Source: Octopus sinensis
Lineage: Eukaryota
Direction of reading: 5' to 3'
Assembly (NCBI RefSeq): GCF_006345805.1
Contig: NC_043002.1
Span: forward strand, 110,360,001 to 110,424,000
Length of the DNA: 64,000 bases
The notes beneath the pieces were generated by a model. The model ran no database searches. It was given only the letters and a program-made list of their open reading frames with translations, and had not been told where the DNA came from. Shown here piece after piece: positions 41,000 to 53,934 of the stretch. How positions within the stretch are numbered: position 1 is the stretch's first letter; each line of letters opens with the position of its first letter. Both the position numbers and the translations under genes were made by a program.

Positions 41000-42585
41000 T
41001 GGGATTTAAAAGGTAATGTGTCAACTTCCATATTTCCTGGTGCATCACGAAATGTTCTAGACCTTATACCAAGGATGGTATGAGCTTGAGTGTTGCCTAT
41101 GCTGCACAGAATTGTTGGAAATCTTTAATGTTCTGAAGTTCTTCACAAATCAAATGAACTTAGAGTAAAATTACCACATTCCATTAGAAATGCCTTTTTG
41201 TATTTCAAACTTGTTATCTGGTTCAGTTCTGAGTAATGTCATAAATATTTATATTTAATAATTAATTTCTTGTATCACATATAAGGGCTTAGGGAAAAAA
41301 TGATTTCATAATTCAAGTTGGTGAGTTTATAGTTGCTGGTAATAAGATCTTTCATATGCCTTTTATTTTATTTTAATTTAAAAGAAGATATATTGCATAG
41401 AAACAGACTGTCCTGGGAAATCTATTTTTATTGCTTTAATATCCTGATTTAATAGAAATTTCTATTTGAAATTTGAAGTCTTATTAAAAAATTTGATACC
41501 AGTTGTTTCTGATGGTCTGAAGGCATAAAGGCTTCATAGTATATCTGGAAAAATTATGCTCTGGACTCATTGCAGTATAGTGTATTGTTTGCAAATGAAG
41601 TCTTGTAGTGACCAACTTCACTTTATTCACTTAGAATAATTATTAAAACTATCAATATCATGAAATTGCATCAGAAATCTGATTACTTATTCAGGAAGTT
41701 TTGTTCTGATCATTATTAATAGTATGTGAGACTTCTTTTATGTATGGAAGTGAGATAGGTCTCCAAAAGAAATTGCTTAGCAAGATTATAAATCTTAGAA
41801 AGTGAAGGGGACATAGCTATTGTTAAAGAAATATGAAAACCATAAAAATAATATATATTATCTAGATTGGATATTTCAAAAACTTAATAAGGGATCACTT
41901 CAGCTTCAAGGAAAATTCATTAAATTGATTGATTATAAAACAATATTAAAAGTATCTACTGAAAACATTTTTGATTTTTCTAGCAAAAATATTTCACCTT
42001 TAAATATAGATTCACTGCTTCCACTTCCAAACTTCACTTCCTCTAAATGATTGAGCTTGAAAGACTACATCATGTTGTTGATTGGTTCCAAATCAACCCT
42101 GATTAACCAAAGCTGTTAGAAATTTGCTCTTCAGTTAACAAAATGGATATGGACACTTATTATTCTCTTATTTATATTCGTTTACCATAAAACTGTACAT
42201 AATGGAGCCATTGTAATGTTAGATCAGCCAAAGAAGAAATCCAAGAATGACACAATGATGACTCAAAATATATCTATAGCAATGTAGAGAAGACTGTATT
42301 CTTGTCATTAAATGACATTAAAACACTGAATCCAAGATTATGGACTGAAAAAGTTAAAATGGTAATCTGTTTTCCAATATCATATATGGTTAGAACTTGG
42401 TTTAGTTCAGTGAATAAATTGCTAAATAAAGGCATAAATATATTGGATATATGCAAAAGAAGTGACAAAAAAAAAAGCTCAGCAACATTGCATTAAATGA
42501 TAAGTTTAAAATTTTCAATTTGAAAAACAGAGTGAGTAAAAATAATTGTCAAGAAGATGATGGTTAAAAAGGTTGAGAATCACTG
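41000..42585 (+). mobile_element. Heavily decayed hAT (Charlie-like) transposon
   Basis: YYLDWIFQKLNKGSLQLQGK; PRLW...VICFPISYMVRTWFSSVNKLLNKGINILDICKRSD (dimerisation domain). 3' TIR AGGTTGAGAATCACTG ends at 42585. The left boundary is uncertain. Confidence 0.7.
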
Positions 42586-42744
42586 GTGGAGATGAAAACT
42601 AGACAAGCCATGTACGAAGATACAAGGCGAGAATTAGCAAGTTGAGTAATAAATTTATCATGACTCTCAGATTATTATTTCTGTTATAATAACTCTCCAT
42701 GTGAGAAATTCTGTATTTACAACAGATTATGTTCACTCAAAATA

Positions 42745-44010
42745 TCTCTCTATATATAAAACTGAGAATGAATGTGTGTGTGTGTGTCTGTCTGTCTGTG
42801 TGTTTCCCTAAAACTTGAGAACTACACAACCAATTTCATTCAAATTTTACACATGCCTTACTCAGGGTCCATGTAGTTTCATGGGCAAAAAAATGTTCAA
42901 CTTCTTGCCTAGGGCGAGTCCATAGCAATATCATATCTTCTCCACTATTTCAGTATTACGTGTTAAAAGTGAAACAAAAACATTTCTCTATTTTATGTCA
43001 GATACTTTCACTTTAACAATAAAAGTTAGAGATAATAATAACAATTGAATTATATGTAGTAAGTAATAATTAAAATCAAACTAAAGTATAATATAATAAT
43101 TAAATCATAACTTAACAATTAAAAGTAAAAATAGCAATTGGTATAAAATTGCATCAATGACTTGAACTTGAATAAGTGGTTTCACATGAATGGGAATAAA
43201 TCAAAAATAAAATTAATGTGCAGAAATGGAATAGTCCAGATGGAGCTATGCACATACTGTTTACCATGGCTTTTACATTAGATTATCTACTAATTAGCTA
43301 GCATTAAGTATCTATATGAAGTTTGGCTGTATGTAATGTCTGTTTTCTCAAACAGCCGCTTCTACTGAGTACTGCTGTTAGTTTATATCTTATCCATAAT
43401 GGATAGCTTTGACTGAGTACTGCTTTTTGATTCACCATAAGGTTTGTTGTTATTATTATTACTGTTTAACTATTGTTATCACGCTTGATGGTTCCTTGTA
43501 AGGGAAACGTTGTTGTGTTGCATTTATTAAATAATTGTAAACTGTAACCCTCCCTGGATTGTAGCCACACTTCTATACAAGAGGGAGGACAAGATACAAT
43601 TGATCGAAATTGCAAGAGACGGGCCTACAATTCCAGTCTGTTATATTTTTGAGTATTGTTATCACTAGCGATATCAAGATATAACTTTGTATTTTGTATT
43701 TTATGTGTAGATGTATATATATATAGATGTACATGTAATATGTACACATATATATACACAGAAACGTTGCCCGCCGGGCGAAATGCATAGCCATATTTCG
43801 TCTGCCATTATGTTCTGGGTTCAAATTCCGCCGAGGTCGATGAATAAAGTACCAATTTGCACTGGGGTCGATGTAATCGACTTAATCTGTTTGTCTGTCC
43901 TTGTTTGTCCCCTCTGTGTTTAGCTCCTTGTGGGTAGTAAAGAAATATATATATACACATATATACATACACTAGCACTATGACCCGAGAACGCCGGGTC
44001 ATAATGCTAG
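42745..44010 (+). mobile_element. Longer non-autonomous Helitron (second family) containing an S2 SINE at ~43770-43945
   Basis: A|TCTCTCTATATATAAAA start plus (TG)/(TCTG)n; end CCCG-AGAACGC-CGGG...CTAG|T. Confidence 0.7.
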
Positions 44011-44749
44011 TCCTTATCTAAAACATTTAAATATGGATTCACAGCTTCCACTTCCAAACTTCACTTCCTCTGAATGATTGAGCTTGAAAGACTACATCAT
44101 GTTGTTGATTGGTCCCAAATCAACCCTGATTAACCAAACTTCTGATTAAAAGTGTTAAAAGTGTTCAAGCCATGATCACCTTTTTTCTGTCCGTCCTGTT
44201 TTAAAGCAATAAGATATAGTGTGAGATGATTTCATTGAGGTTTTCTCTGAATATGTATCACAGGTGCTTTAACTTTCTACCATAGACAAAAACGAAGCTG
44301 TGAAACTAATAAATTTTTTTCTTTTGTTGAAAGTCTTGAATTAAATTCCTAACTTTGAAACTGCTACTTGTATTATGTTAGCCCAATATCAAGGAAAAAT
44401 ATATTTTTCATTCACTTAAAACTATAGAAACCAAAGGTAAGCATCAACCTTGTTATGTGGAAAAGGATTATTTAGCTCATAAGGTGTTTTTATTATTTTT
44501 TTTTCTTCCTTTTGTTATTTTCTACAAGGCTTATTGATGCACTTTTCATCTTTTGCAAATAAGGAATATCACCTTATATTTTGAAGAATAAAAATCTCTA
44601 GTTTCCTTCATTCATTGTTGATTATCTTCATATAGCGGATTGTAGATTCATTCATGTGTACCTGGATTTCTATATAATTAGAAAAATTCATGTGTAAATC
44701 TGTTCATTTCAAAACATGTTCCTAAATTTTTCTCTGATATCTGAATCTG

Positions 44750-45712
44750 GCTTCCGTGTCGGTGGCACGTAAAAAGCACCATCCGAATCGTGGCCGAAGC
44801 CAGTGCCGCCTCGAGTGGCTTCCGTGCAGGTGGCACGTAAAATGCACCAATCCGACCGTGGCCGATGCCAGCCTCGCCTGGCACCAGTGCAGGTGGCACG
44901 TAAAAAGCACCCACTACACTCACAGAGTGGTTGGCGTTAGGAAGGGCATCCAGTTGTAGAAACATTGCCAGATAAGACCGGAGCCTGGTGCAGCCTTCTG
45001 GCTTCCCAGATCCCCGGTCAAAACGTCCAACCCATGCTAGCATGGAGAACGGACGTTTAACGATGATGATGATGATGATGATGATGTTTATCATTTCTCA
45101 CTTATTTGAGTATGGATTATTGCTTTCAATATGGAGATCTTTTTCATTATACTCTATTACATCATGTAATAGACAATTTAAGTAGGTTGTCAATATCTTG
45201 CCAAAACTGGTGCTTTAATTCTTCTGTGCCATTTCTTCAATACACTTTAATAAAACATGGTATATTACACCTTTACTTTTTTTTCTTTTTTTTGTAGAAA
45301 GGAAACAGTTGAGTGAATGAAGGACCCTCTGCTCAATCGCTCAACCTGTTTGGAACTTAGAAAATTTCTAAACCTAATCCGTTGCCAGCCTTGCCTGGCC
45401 CCCGTGCCGGTGGCACATAAAAGCACCATCCGTTCATGTCCGTTGCCAGCCTCGCCTGGCCCCCGTGCCAGTGGCACATAAAAGCACCATCCGTTCGTGG
45501 CCGTTTGCCAGCTCTGTCTGGCACCTGTGTGGGTGGCACGTAAAAAGCACCCACTACACTCACGGAGTGGTTGGCGTTAGGAAGGGTATCCAGCCGTAGA
45601 AACACTGCCAGATCTGACTGGGCCTGATGAAGCCTTCCGGCTTCACAGACCCCAGTTGAACTGTCCAACCCATGCTAGCATGGAAAGCGGACGCTAAATG
45701 ATGATGATGATG
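44750..45712 (+). mobile_element. Two RTE-type 3' tails (44750-45085 and 45376-45712)
   Basis: Same motifs as the 16036 copy. Confidence 0.8.
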
Positions 45713-46062
45713 AATCACATGATCATCTTCTACCAATTGAATTATATCCTAAACAGATACTAATTTGAGCGCTGTTCTCTCCATAAACACAAGAGAATTT
45801 TCAAACTCCAGTCAGAAGCAAAGCAGTTGCAGTGTAGCCTAATATCTTTCTATTTCACTTAACTTCTGAAAATCAGAAAAATCGGTGAAACCAGTTAAAC
45901 CTTCAAAGATAAACTATCTAAAAGATCCCGAGTGCATTTTCAACTTTTCTTTTTTTATATTTCTACCCTTGTAGAATAAAATAACTTTCCTATATACAAT
46001 GGATATACATTATTTACATTATTTACATTTGACGGATATTTGTCTTTATCTTGTTTGTTGTT

Positions 46063-46105
46063 AACACAATGTTTCAGCTGATATACCCTCCAGCCTTCAG
46101 ATGTC
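46063..46105 (-). ncRNA. Decayed hammerhead motif (core missing 2-3 nt)
   Basis: GACAU-CUGAA-GGCUG(GAGGGUAUAU)CAGCU-GAAA-CA-UU|GUGUU. Helices I and II pair; G8/A9 are absent. Confidence 0.35.
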
Positions 46106-46167
46106 TTGTGGAAATTTTGAACCTGGGCTCTCATTTCTAAGGTAGTTTTGGATGTTATTATTATTAT

Positions 46168-47164
46168 TGAGTGAGAGAGCAGTGCATGCCATCAAAGTGA
46201 CACTGGGGTAAAATATACGAAGCCCAGTATACCCATCTAAGGGTACACTAGGCACATGCATCACAACCATATGTGCACGACATGGTGATCTCATATCAAG
46301 ATAAACAGCACATGACCTTGCAGGTGGGGCCCAGTTAGAATTTTTTCTGGTTGAGTAACCCAATCCGCTCAAATGGTCCCTGAATAAGGGTTGTTTAAGG
46401 ATGTTGAATGAAGCACCCCTGTTTCCAAAGGTGAATTATTCAAACCCCAAAGAATCCCTCTCAACACATGGCTATTATTATTATTATTATTATTATTGAG
46501 TGAGAGAGCAGTTCATGCCATCAAAGTGACACTGGGGTAAAATATACGATGCCCAATATACCCATCATGACTACCCGTCTGATAAAGGTACACCAGGCAC
46601 ATGCATCACAACCATATGTGCGCGACATGGTGATCTCATATCAAGATAAACAGCACATGACCTTGCAGGTGGGGCCCAGTTAGAATTTTCTTCAGGTTGA
46701 GTAGCCCATCCCACTCAAACAGTCCCTGAATAAGGGTTGTTTAAGGATGTTGAATGAAACACCCATGTTTCCAGAGGTGAATTATTCAAACCCCAAAGAA
46801 TCCCTCTCAACACATGGCTATGATGCTCCCCCACTACTTCTGCTCGTGATCAGAGATGCACATATCGTCAGCCACTAAGGGACATGCTCAACTGGTCAAG
46901 GTCAAACAACTGACAAGCAAATCTGTGGTATTGAGCAGAATATTTGCTGTAGCCCATCTTTTATACCAAGACAAAACAATGTACATGATAACACTTCCAA
47001 TCAGTTAAGATCAGAAGCCATGAGAGCCACTGCCTGGTACTGCATCAGGGCATTGGTACTGCATCAGGGCATTGGTACTGCATCAGGGCATTGGTACTGC
47101 ATCAGGGCATTGGTACTACATCAGGGCATTGGTACTGCATCAGGGCATTGGTACTGCATCAGGG

Positions 47165-47210
<46 letters not shown>
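46168..47210 (-). mobile_element. Family T retroposon: long copy 46498-47167 plus tandem 5'-truncated copy 46168-46473, separated and flanked by (TTA)n
   Basis: Both match 39949-40415. The 5' end carries 7 x 19-bp TGGTACTGCATCAGGGCAT (47035-47167). Confidence 0.8.
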
Positions 47211-47212
<2 letters not shown>

Positions 47213-47219
47213 CAATCTA

Positions 47220-48390
47220 TAGAAAAGGCATAGGTAGAAACTCCATAAGATGCATCCAGTGTAAGCTTTGGACACATAAGAGGTGCAGCAATATAAGAGC
47301 AACGTTAACAGGGAAGATAGCTTTTGTGTGTGGAAGATGCACAGGTACAATAAACACCAAAAATGTACAGAAAATAGACTCCATCAACTGCCAGTGGTGT
47401 AAGCTAAAGGTTGTAGATAGCTTCTGTTATCAAGGTATCCAAGTTAATAGCAGAGGTGGCTGCTCCAAGAGCATAGCTGTGAGAATAAGATTAGGCTGGG
47501 CAATGTTCAGAGAGGTCCTACCTCTGCTGGCAACAAAGGGTCTCTCTCTCAGAGTGAAAGGTAGATTGTATGATGCTTGTGTGCGAACAGCTATGCTACA
47601 TGGCAGTGAAACATGGGCTGTGATGGCTGAGGACATATGTAGGCTTAAAAGAAATGAAGCCTGTATGCTACGCTGCATGTTTGACAGAGTGTAAGCATCT
47701 TGAGAGAAAAATTGGACATAAGAGGCATCAGATGTGGTATGCAAGAGAGACGACTGTGTTGGTATGGTCATGTGATGCTTTTGGATGAGGACAGCTGTGT
47801 ATAGAAGTGCCGATCTCTAGCTGTGGAGGGAACTTGTAGTAGCTGTAGACCCAGGAAGACATGGGATGAGGTGGTGAAGCATGATCTTTGAACTTTGGGC
47901 TTCACAGAGGTAATGACTAGTGACTGAGACCTTTGGTGATATTCTGTGCTTGAGAAGAAGACCCATCAAGCCAAGTGAAATCCTAGTCGTGGCTGATGCT
48001 GGTGTCATGTAACGGGCATGTAAAAAGCACCTTTTGAGCACTGGGCCTCACAGAAGCAAAGTAGCTGAGCTCCTTTCGAGTGTTGAGCCTCATGGAGGCA
48101 ATGACCAAGACCCTTTAGCCTTATGTCATGCTTGAAAAGAAGACCCATTAATCCAAGTAAAATCATAGTTGTGGTAGATACCGGTGTCACTCAAATGGCA
48201 CCCATGCCAGTAGCATGTAGAAGCATCCGTTACACTCTCAGGATGGTTGGCATTAGGAAAGGCATCCAGCTGTAGAAACTATGCCAAGTCAGCCTGGAGC
48301 CTAGTGCACCTTCCGGCTTGCCAGCCCTGGTCAAACCATTCAGCTCATGCCAGCATGGATAATGGATGTTAAACGATGATGTTGATGATA
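47220..48390 (+). mobile_element. RTE LINE 3' fragment with PHD-like Cys/His motif, RT C-terminus and tail
   Basis: NSIRCIQCKLWTHKRCS...FVCGRC; RIRLGWAMFREVLPLL...KGRLYDACVRTAMLHGSETWAV. Confidence 0.88.
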
Positions 48391-48540
48391 TATATGTATA
48401 ATTTAATTAGAAGATATATTAACCTGTTAAAAGGATGATTACATCTAAGAAAACACTGGATCTATACCTAATATTTTGGGGAAATATAATTTCCTATAAT
48501 CAATAGGTATATATTATGCTTATAATCTATATTCAATTAA

Positions 48541-48761
48541 CCCTTTCGTTACCGTATTTATTTTTGAGATGCTCTGTGTTTCTTTCAATTACTTTAACTA
48601 TAACAAAGAATTTAGTAAAATAACTTAGTTATCTTTAAGCTAGTGTTAGGAACATAAATTGTGACTAAGGTTTGGTGGAAGATTTTAATTCAAAACTTAT
48701 GAAAACAAGACATTCGTACTCAGAGCCAGAGCCAGTTTTGGCCGGGTTAGTAACAAAAGGG
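48541..48761. mobile_element. piggyBac-type MITE
   Basis: TTAA TSD on both sides; TIRs CCCTTTCGTTAC / GTAACAAAAGGG. Confidence 0.85.
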
Positions 48762-48813
48762 TTAATAGAGGTAAAGAAAATGAGGAGCTGAAAGTTGATA
48801 ATTATTTACTAGT

Positions 48814-49038
48814 AAAATGATACTTTATACTTTCTACAGCTATTTCAATTGTGCTTATCAAATAAATTACAAATTTATGCTTTAAATTTGCATTTATAAG
48901 GTATGAACACAATATCATCAGGGGAAAAAGATATACAATAAAAGCTTACATCAAGGAAAAAGATATTGCATATCTTTTTCCCCTGATGGTATTGTGTTCA
49001 CAATTGAAACAGCTGTAGAAAGTATGAAGTATCATTTT
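48814..49038. ncRNA. Inverted repeat with hammerhead-like motifs on both strands (minus ~48830-48925; plus ~48980-49022)
   Basis: Minus: CUGAUGA-U-AUUGUG...CACAAU-U-GAAA-UAGCUG-UA|G. Plus: CUGAUGG-U-AUUGUG(UU)CACAAU-U-GAAA-CAGCUG-UA|G. Helix III palindrome ACAGCUGU; helix I is weak. Confidence 0.5.
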
Positions 49039-49128
49039 ATTAATAAATAATTATTAATTTTCAACTCTCTGTTTTCTTTTCTTCTCTTAACTGAATACTG
49101 GTTATACAAACATGTGTGTGTACGTGTG

Positions 49129-49163
<35 letters not shown>

Positions 49164-49189
49164 GTGTATGTGTGTGTGTGTGTGTGTGT

Positions 49190-49775
49190 ACTCACAAGCG
49201 AGGAGAGCTCAGTGACAGTGTAAATTGTCATCTTGAAGAATCCAATTCTTTGTGCTCCACAGATCTGGTCACTTTTACCAAATGTCTTCCCTCAAATGCT
49301 TCAAAACATTGCAGTAGAACTCTCGATGGGTGGGGTCTGACCCTGGGGGGATGAATTCTCAATGCACAATACCGCATTTCTGAGATTGACACTTGTGGCA
49401 GGTCTTCCAGATTGCTCATCGTCTTTCACTATAGAAGTGCCTGTGCCACTTGAAACATTGTGTACGACCCATTGTCTTGTCACCATAAGCTTGCTAAAGT
49501 ATGCTCAATGTTTCTGTAGCAGACTTCTCAAGTTTAATTCAAAATTTCATGCTGGCTTTTTGTTCCTATCCATCACAAAATCGCAAACTACAGTATACAC
49601 ATGATCACAAAAACACAAATTTCACAACTTGCAAAGTAAGCACAGCAATGTCACTCAGCACACTGCCTCATGAAGGTCACTGCTTGCTCTCATTGCACAT
49701 GCAACCATGCTCTGCCAACTGTTGGTGCACTACAGAACAAGAACTAGTCCTGGAACTTATTGATACCATCTCATA
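49190..49775 (-). mobile_element. Mariner 5' fragment (HTH region)
   Basis: EQKASMKF*IKLEKSATETLSIL*QAYGDKTMGRTQCFKWH; DDEQSGRPATS. Confidence 0.75.
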
Positions 49776-50171
49776 TATATAACCAAACAAACTCCAATGA
49801 ATGTTGATCTGTCAGCAAAACTTGTATTGTTTAGTTAAAATCAATAAAAAGTGTATGGTGAACTTGCCATTGTGAGTGGAAAAATCTAACATTTTGGACA
49901 GAGTTCTTCTTCAGGCAAAGTTTCCAGGAGAGAAATTAATTCATTTACTGTCTCAAGTCTTCTAGGACAAGGATTACAGATGAAGTTTTGCAGCTGCGAA
50001 TTGATGTCTGTCAGAAAAATGGAGTTGTGAAGAAATTCTGAAAGGTTGACATTCTGAAAGAAAAAGGGTTGGGTAAAGTGACAAATGCATATCTTGGGAG
50101 TGGGGACGTAGATTGGATGACAAGTGAACATAGGTAGTTATGTGCAAGTAGAGGGTTTTGAGGAAAAGTTG

Positions 50172-50580
50172 AGGAGTGGCTGTGTGGCAAGTAGCTTGCT
50201 TACCAACCACATGTTTCCGGGTTCAGTCCCACTGCGTGGCACCTTGGGCAAGTGTCTTCTGCTATAGCCTCGGGCCGACCAATGCCTTGTGAGTGGATTT
50301 GGTAGATGGAAACTGAAAGAAGCCTGTCATATATATGTATATATATATATATGTGTGTATGTGTGTGTATATGTTTGTGTGTCTGTGTTTGTCCCCCTAG
50401 CATTGCTTGACAACCGATGTTGGTGTGTTTACATCCCCGTTACTTAGCGGTTCGGCAAAAGAGACCGATAGAATAAGTACTGGGCTTACAAAGAATAAGT
50501 CCCGGGGTCGATTTGCTCGACTAAAGGTGGTGCTCCAGCATGGCCGCAGTCAAATGACTGAAACAAGTAAATGAGTAAAT
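50172..50580 (+). mobile_element. S1 SINE
   Basis: S1 head, core and tail. Confidence 0.88.
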
Positions 50581-50589
50581 GTGAGTGCA

Positions 50590-51880
50590 AAGAGACAGCA
50601 CATCAGTTGGAGTGTTTTGGGAAGTGAGTCTTTACTGATCCATCAAATTACTTTGACTTAATCAAAAATGATTTTGTGAGTCGTAGCAGTAGTAGGGTTG
50701 CTCTGAATATGGGAGCAATACTCCATTGTAGGTCTCACTTAGGCTTTGTAGAGCATCAACAATTACTTTGAGTTCAACTATTTTCTACTTTTAAAGGGGA
50801 AGGCTCGTCTTTGGGATGCCACTTACTTTCTCTTAAATTTTGGCTCATCGAAAAAAGTCATCAGCATTTATTGTAACTTTGAGAGTTTAAACTGTAATAT
50901 GTATGTGATTAGATAGACTGGTGTGAGGGCGCGTGGCTTAGTGGTTAGGGCATTCGGCTCATGATCGTAAGGTTGTGAGTTCGATTCTCGGCGACGCGTT
51001 GTGTCCTTGAGCAAGACACTTTATTTCACGTTGCTCCAGTCCACTCAGCTGGCAAAAATGAGTTGTACTTGTATTTCAAAGGGTCAGCCTTGTCACTCTC
51101 TGTGTCACGCTGAATATCCCCGAGAACTACGTTAAGGGTACACGTGTCTGTGGAATGCTCAGCCATTTGCATGTTAATTTCACGAGCAAGCTGTTCCGTT
51201 GATCGGATCAGCTGGGACCCTCGTCGTCGTGACCGGCGGAGTCTTTAGAAAGATAGACTGGTGTAGAAGATTGTTTGATATGTGCAGTCATTGTGTCTTT
51301 GTGTTGTTAAGGAGATGATATAGTCATGGCCCTATTGGAGAATATTTGCAAAGTTTCCGTTTAGTGAGAAAATTCATGTTTGATATAGTGTTTAGACTGA
51401 TGTGGATGATGCCTATGCATGTAAAAAAATTAAGAAAATATGATGGATGGTATCATCTGTAAAGTCAAACACAGTGAGATGTACAGCAAGTAGGTTGTCA
51501 ATGTACAAGAGGAAAATCTGGGAATGTGACCAAACTTTTGGACATACTACAATTATTAGAATGTAGGCGAACCACGCCTGTGCATACTGCAAAGGTAGGA
51601 TATCACATGAAGCTTTTGATCCAAGAAATCAGTCGCTTGAAGCCAGGAGACAGTCACACCTTTTGTAGACAAATGTCTTTTTGATATCAAGTGCAATGAT
51701 ATTGTTTTTACTGAATTTCTCAGAGAAGAGGGATTATCGGAAGGTAACAAAGGAAAGCAGGTCCTTGATAGAATTAACTCTGTAGAATCTATACTGGTGG
51801 CCACTAAAGAAGCAGAGAAACTCAAATTGTTGGGAAGATACTTTTTCAATTTTTGGTGGATAACTAAGTATTTTGTTTTC
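50590..51880 (-). mobile_element. Very decayed CR1/Jockey-like LINE RT, interrupted by a SINE
   Basis: SGHQYRF...IKDLLSFVT...IALDIKK; FLLYIDNLL...FTDDT; LLMLYKA*VRPTMEYCSHI. Confidence 0.65.
50925..51250 (+). mobile_element. Hybrid SINE: S3-like head/core plus S4-like tail
   Basis: 14-bp TSD AGATAGACTGGTGT at 50911-50924 and 51251-51264. Confidence 0.88.
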
Positions 51881-51975
51881 TGACATATTAACGATTAAGA
51901 TTAGATAGTTCTTCTAGAACCACAACTTTTTTGCGGCATCTCACCTGATTCTTCACTGAAAAACAGAACAATAGC

Positions 51976-53677
51976 ATAACCACATGGTTCTGGGTTCAGT
52001 CCCACTGCATGGCATCTTGGGCAAGTGTCTTCTACTATAGCCCCAGGCCGACCAATGTCTTGTGAGTGGATTTGGTAGACGGAAACTGAAAGAATCCCGT
52101 TGTATATATGTATATATATATATATGCGTGTGTGTGTTTGTGTGTCTGTGTTTGTCCCCCTAACATTGCTTGACAACCGATGCTGGTGTGTTTACGTCCC
52201 CGTCACTTAGCGGTTCAGCAAAAGAACCGATAGAATAAGTACTGGGCTTACAAAGAATAAGTCCCGGGGTCGATTTGCTCGACTAAAGGCGGTGCTCCAG
52301 CATGGCCGCAGTCAAATGACTGAAATAAGTAAAAGAGTAAAGAGTATACTCAGCTCATCCTGAACCTCTGTGATATCATTTCTAGAACTGTATAAATTGT
52401 AGGGGCTGAAAAGAGCGTATTGGGGATAATGTAACGGACTTACCTTGATTGCATTAAGTTTACAGTTTATAATTTTTTGCAGCTTTCAATGACTTAAAAC
52501 CACTCAACAATTAAGTAGTACCAGTGGCAGTCAAGTAGTTAGAGGCAACAGAAGGAAACTGCTTTTCTCTGGAGTACAACATAATAACTACAAAATGGTT
52601 TGAACTCGTTCAACACTATATATTCAAAGTCACTTGACATTTTATAAATTAATATACATTTTATAAATTAATATAGGCGCAGGAGTGGCTGTGTGGTAAG
52701 TAGCTTGTTTACCAACCACATGGTTCCAGGTTCACCCACTGTGTGATACCTTGGGCAAGTGTCTTCTACTATAGCCTTGGGCCGACCAAAGCCTTGTGAG
52801 TGGATTTGGTAGAGGGAAACTGAAAGAAACCTGTCGTATATATGTATATATGTGTATATGTATGTATGTGTATATGTTTGTGTGTCTGTGTTTGTCCCCC
52901 TAGCATTGCTTGACAACTGATGCTGGTGTGTTTATGTCCCCGTTACTTAGTGGTTCGGCAAAAGAGACCGATAGAATAAGTACTGGGCTTACAAAAGAAT
53001 AAGTCCCTGGGTCGAGTTGCTCGATTAAAGGCGGTGCTCCAGCATGGCCGCAGTCAAATGACTGAAACAAGTAAAAGAGTAAAGAGAGTAAAGAGTATAC
53101 AATACATAATGCCTAATATATGTATATACATATGTGTGTGTGTGTGTGTGTGCATATGTGAGTGCGTGTGTATATATATATATATATACATACATATATA
53201 TATGTATGTACGTATATATATATATAAACATACACACATACATAAAACCGTCCATCCCAAGCCAGCATGGACAACAGACATTAAATGATAATAATTATAT
53301 ATATATGAACAAAAACACAAATATGCATGCACATTCATGCAAAGATATATGTTGTATATATATCTGTGTGTGTGTATATATGTATATATACATGTATATA
53401 TATAGCACGGAAAACAGGCGTTGAATGATGATGATGATGATATGTATACTCTTTTACTCTTTTACTCTTTTATTTGTTTCAGTCATTTGACTGCGGCCAT
53501 GCTGGAGTACCACCTTTAGTCGAGCAAATCGACCCCGGGACTTATTCTTTGTAAGCCCAGTACTTATTCTATCGGTCTCTTTTGCCGAACCGCTAGGTGA
53601 TGGGGACGTAAACACACCAGCATCGGTTGTCAAGCAATGTTAGGGGGACAAACACAGACACACAAACACACACACGC

Positions 53678-53725
<48 letters not shown>

Positions 53726-53898
53726 CATATATACAACGGGCTTCTTTCAGTTTCCGTCTACCAAATCCGCTCACAAGGCTTTGGTCGGCCCGAGACTATA
53801 GTAGAAGACACTTGCCCAAGGTGCCACGCAGTGGGAACAAACCCGGAACCATGTGGTTGGTAAACAAGCTACTTCCCACACAGCCACTCCTACGCCTA
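51976..53898. mobile_element. Cluster of three S1 SINEs: 51976-52347 (+, 5'-truncated), 52675-53097 (+), 53446-53898 (-)
   Basis: Each matches the S1 pattern. Confidence 0.88.
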
Positions 53899-53901
53899 TA
53901 T

Positions 53902-53932
<31 letters not shown>

Positions 53933-53934
53933 CC

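Noticed and set aside
47020-47694. 224-aa ORF as a gene
   Set aside because: A chance fusion of a 19-bp tandem repeat, (TTA)n and an RTE fragment.
49885-49920. CUGAAGA-A-GAAC-UCU-GUCC-AAAA on the minus strand
   Set aside because: It could be a CpG-decayed hammerhead, but G12 is lost and helix I does not pair.
51556-51849. 97-aa ORF as a host exon
   Set aside because: Neighbouring frames give LINE RT motifs, so it is part of a decayed CR1/Jockey-like element.
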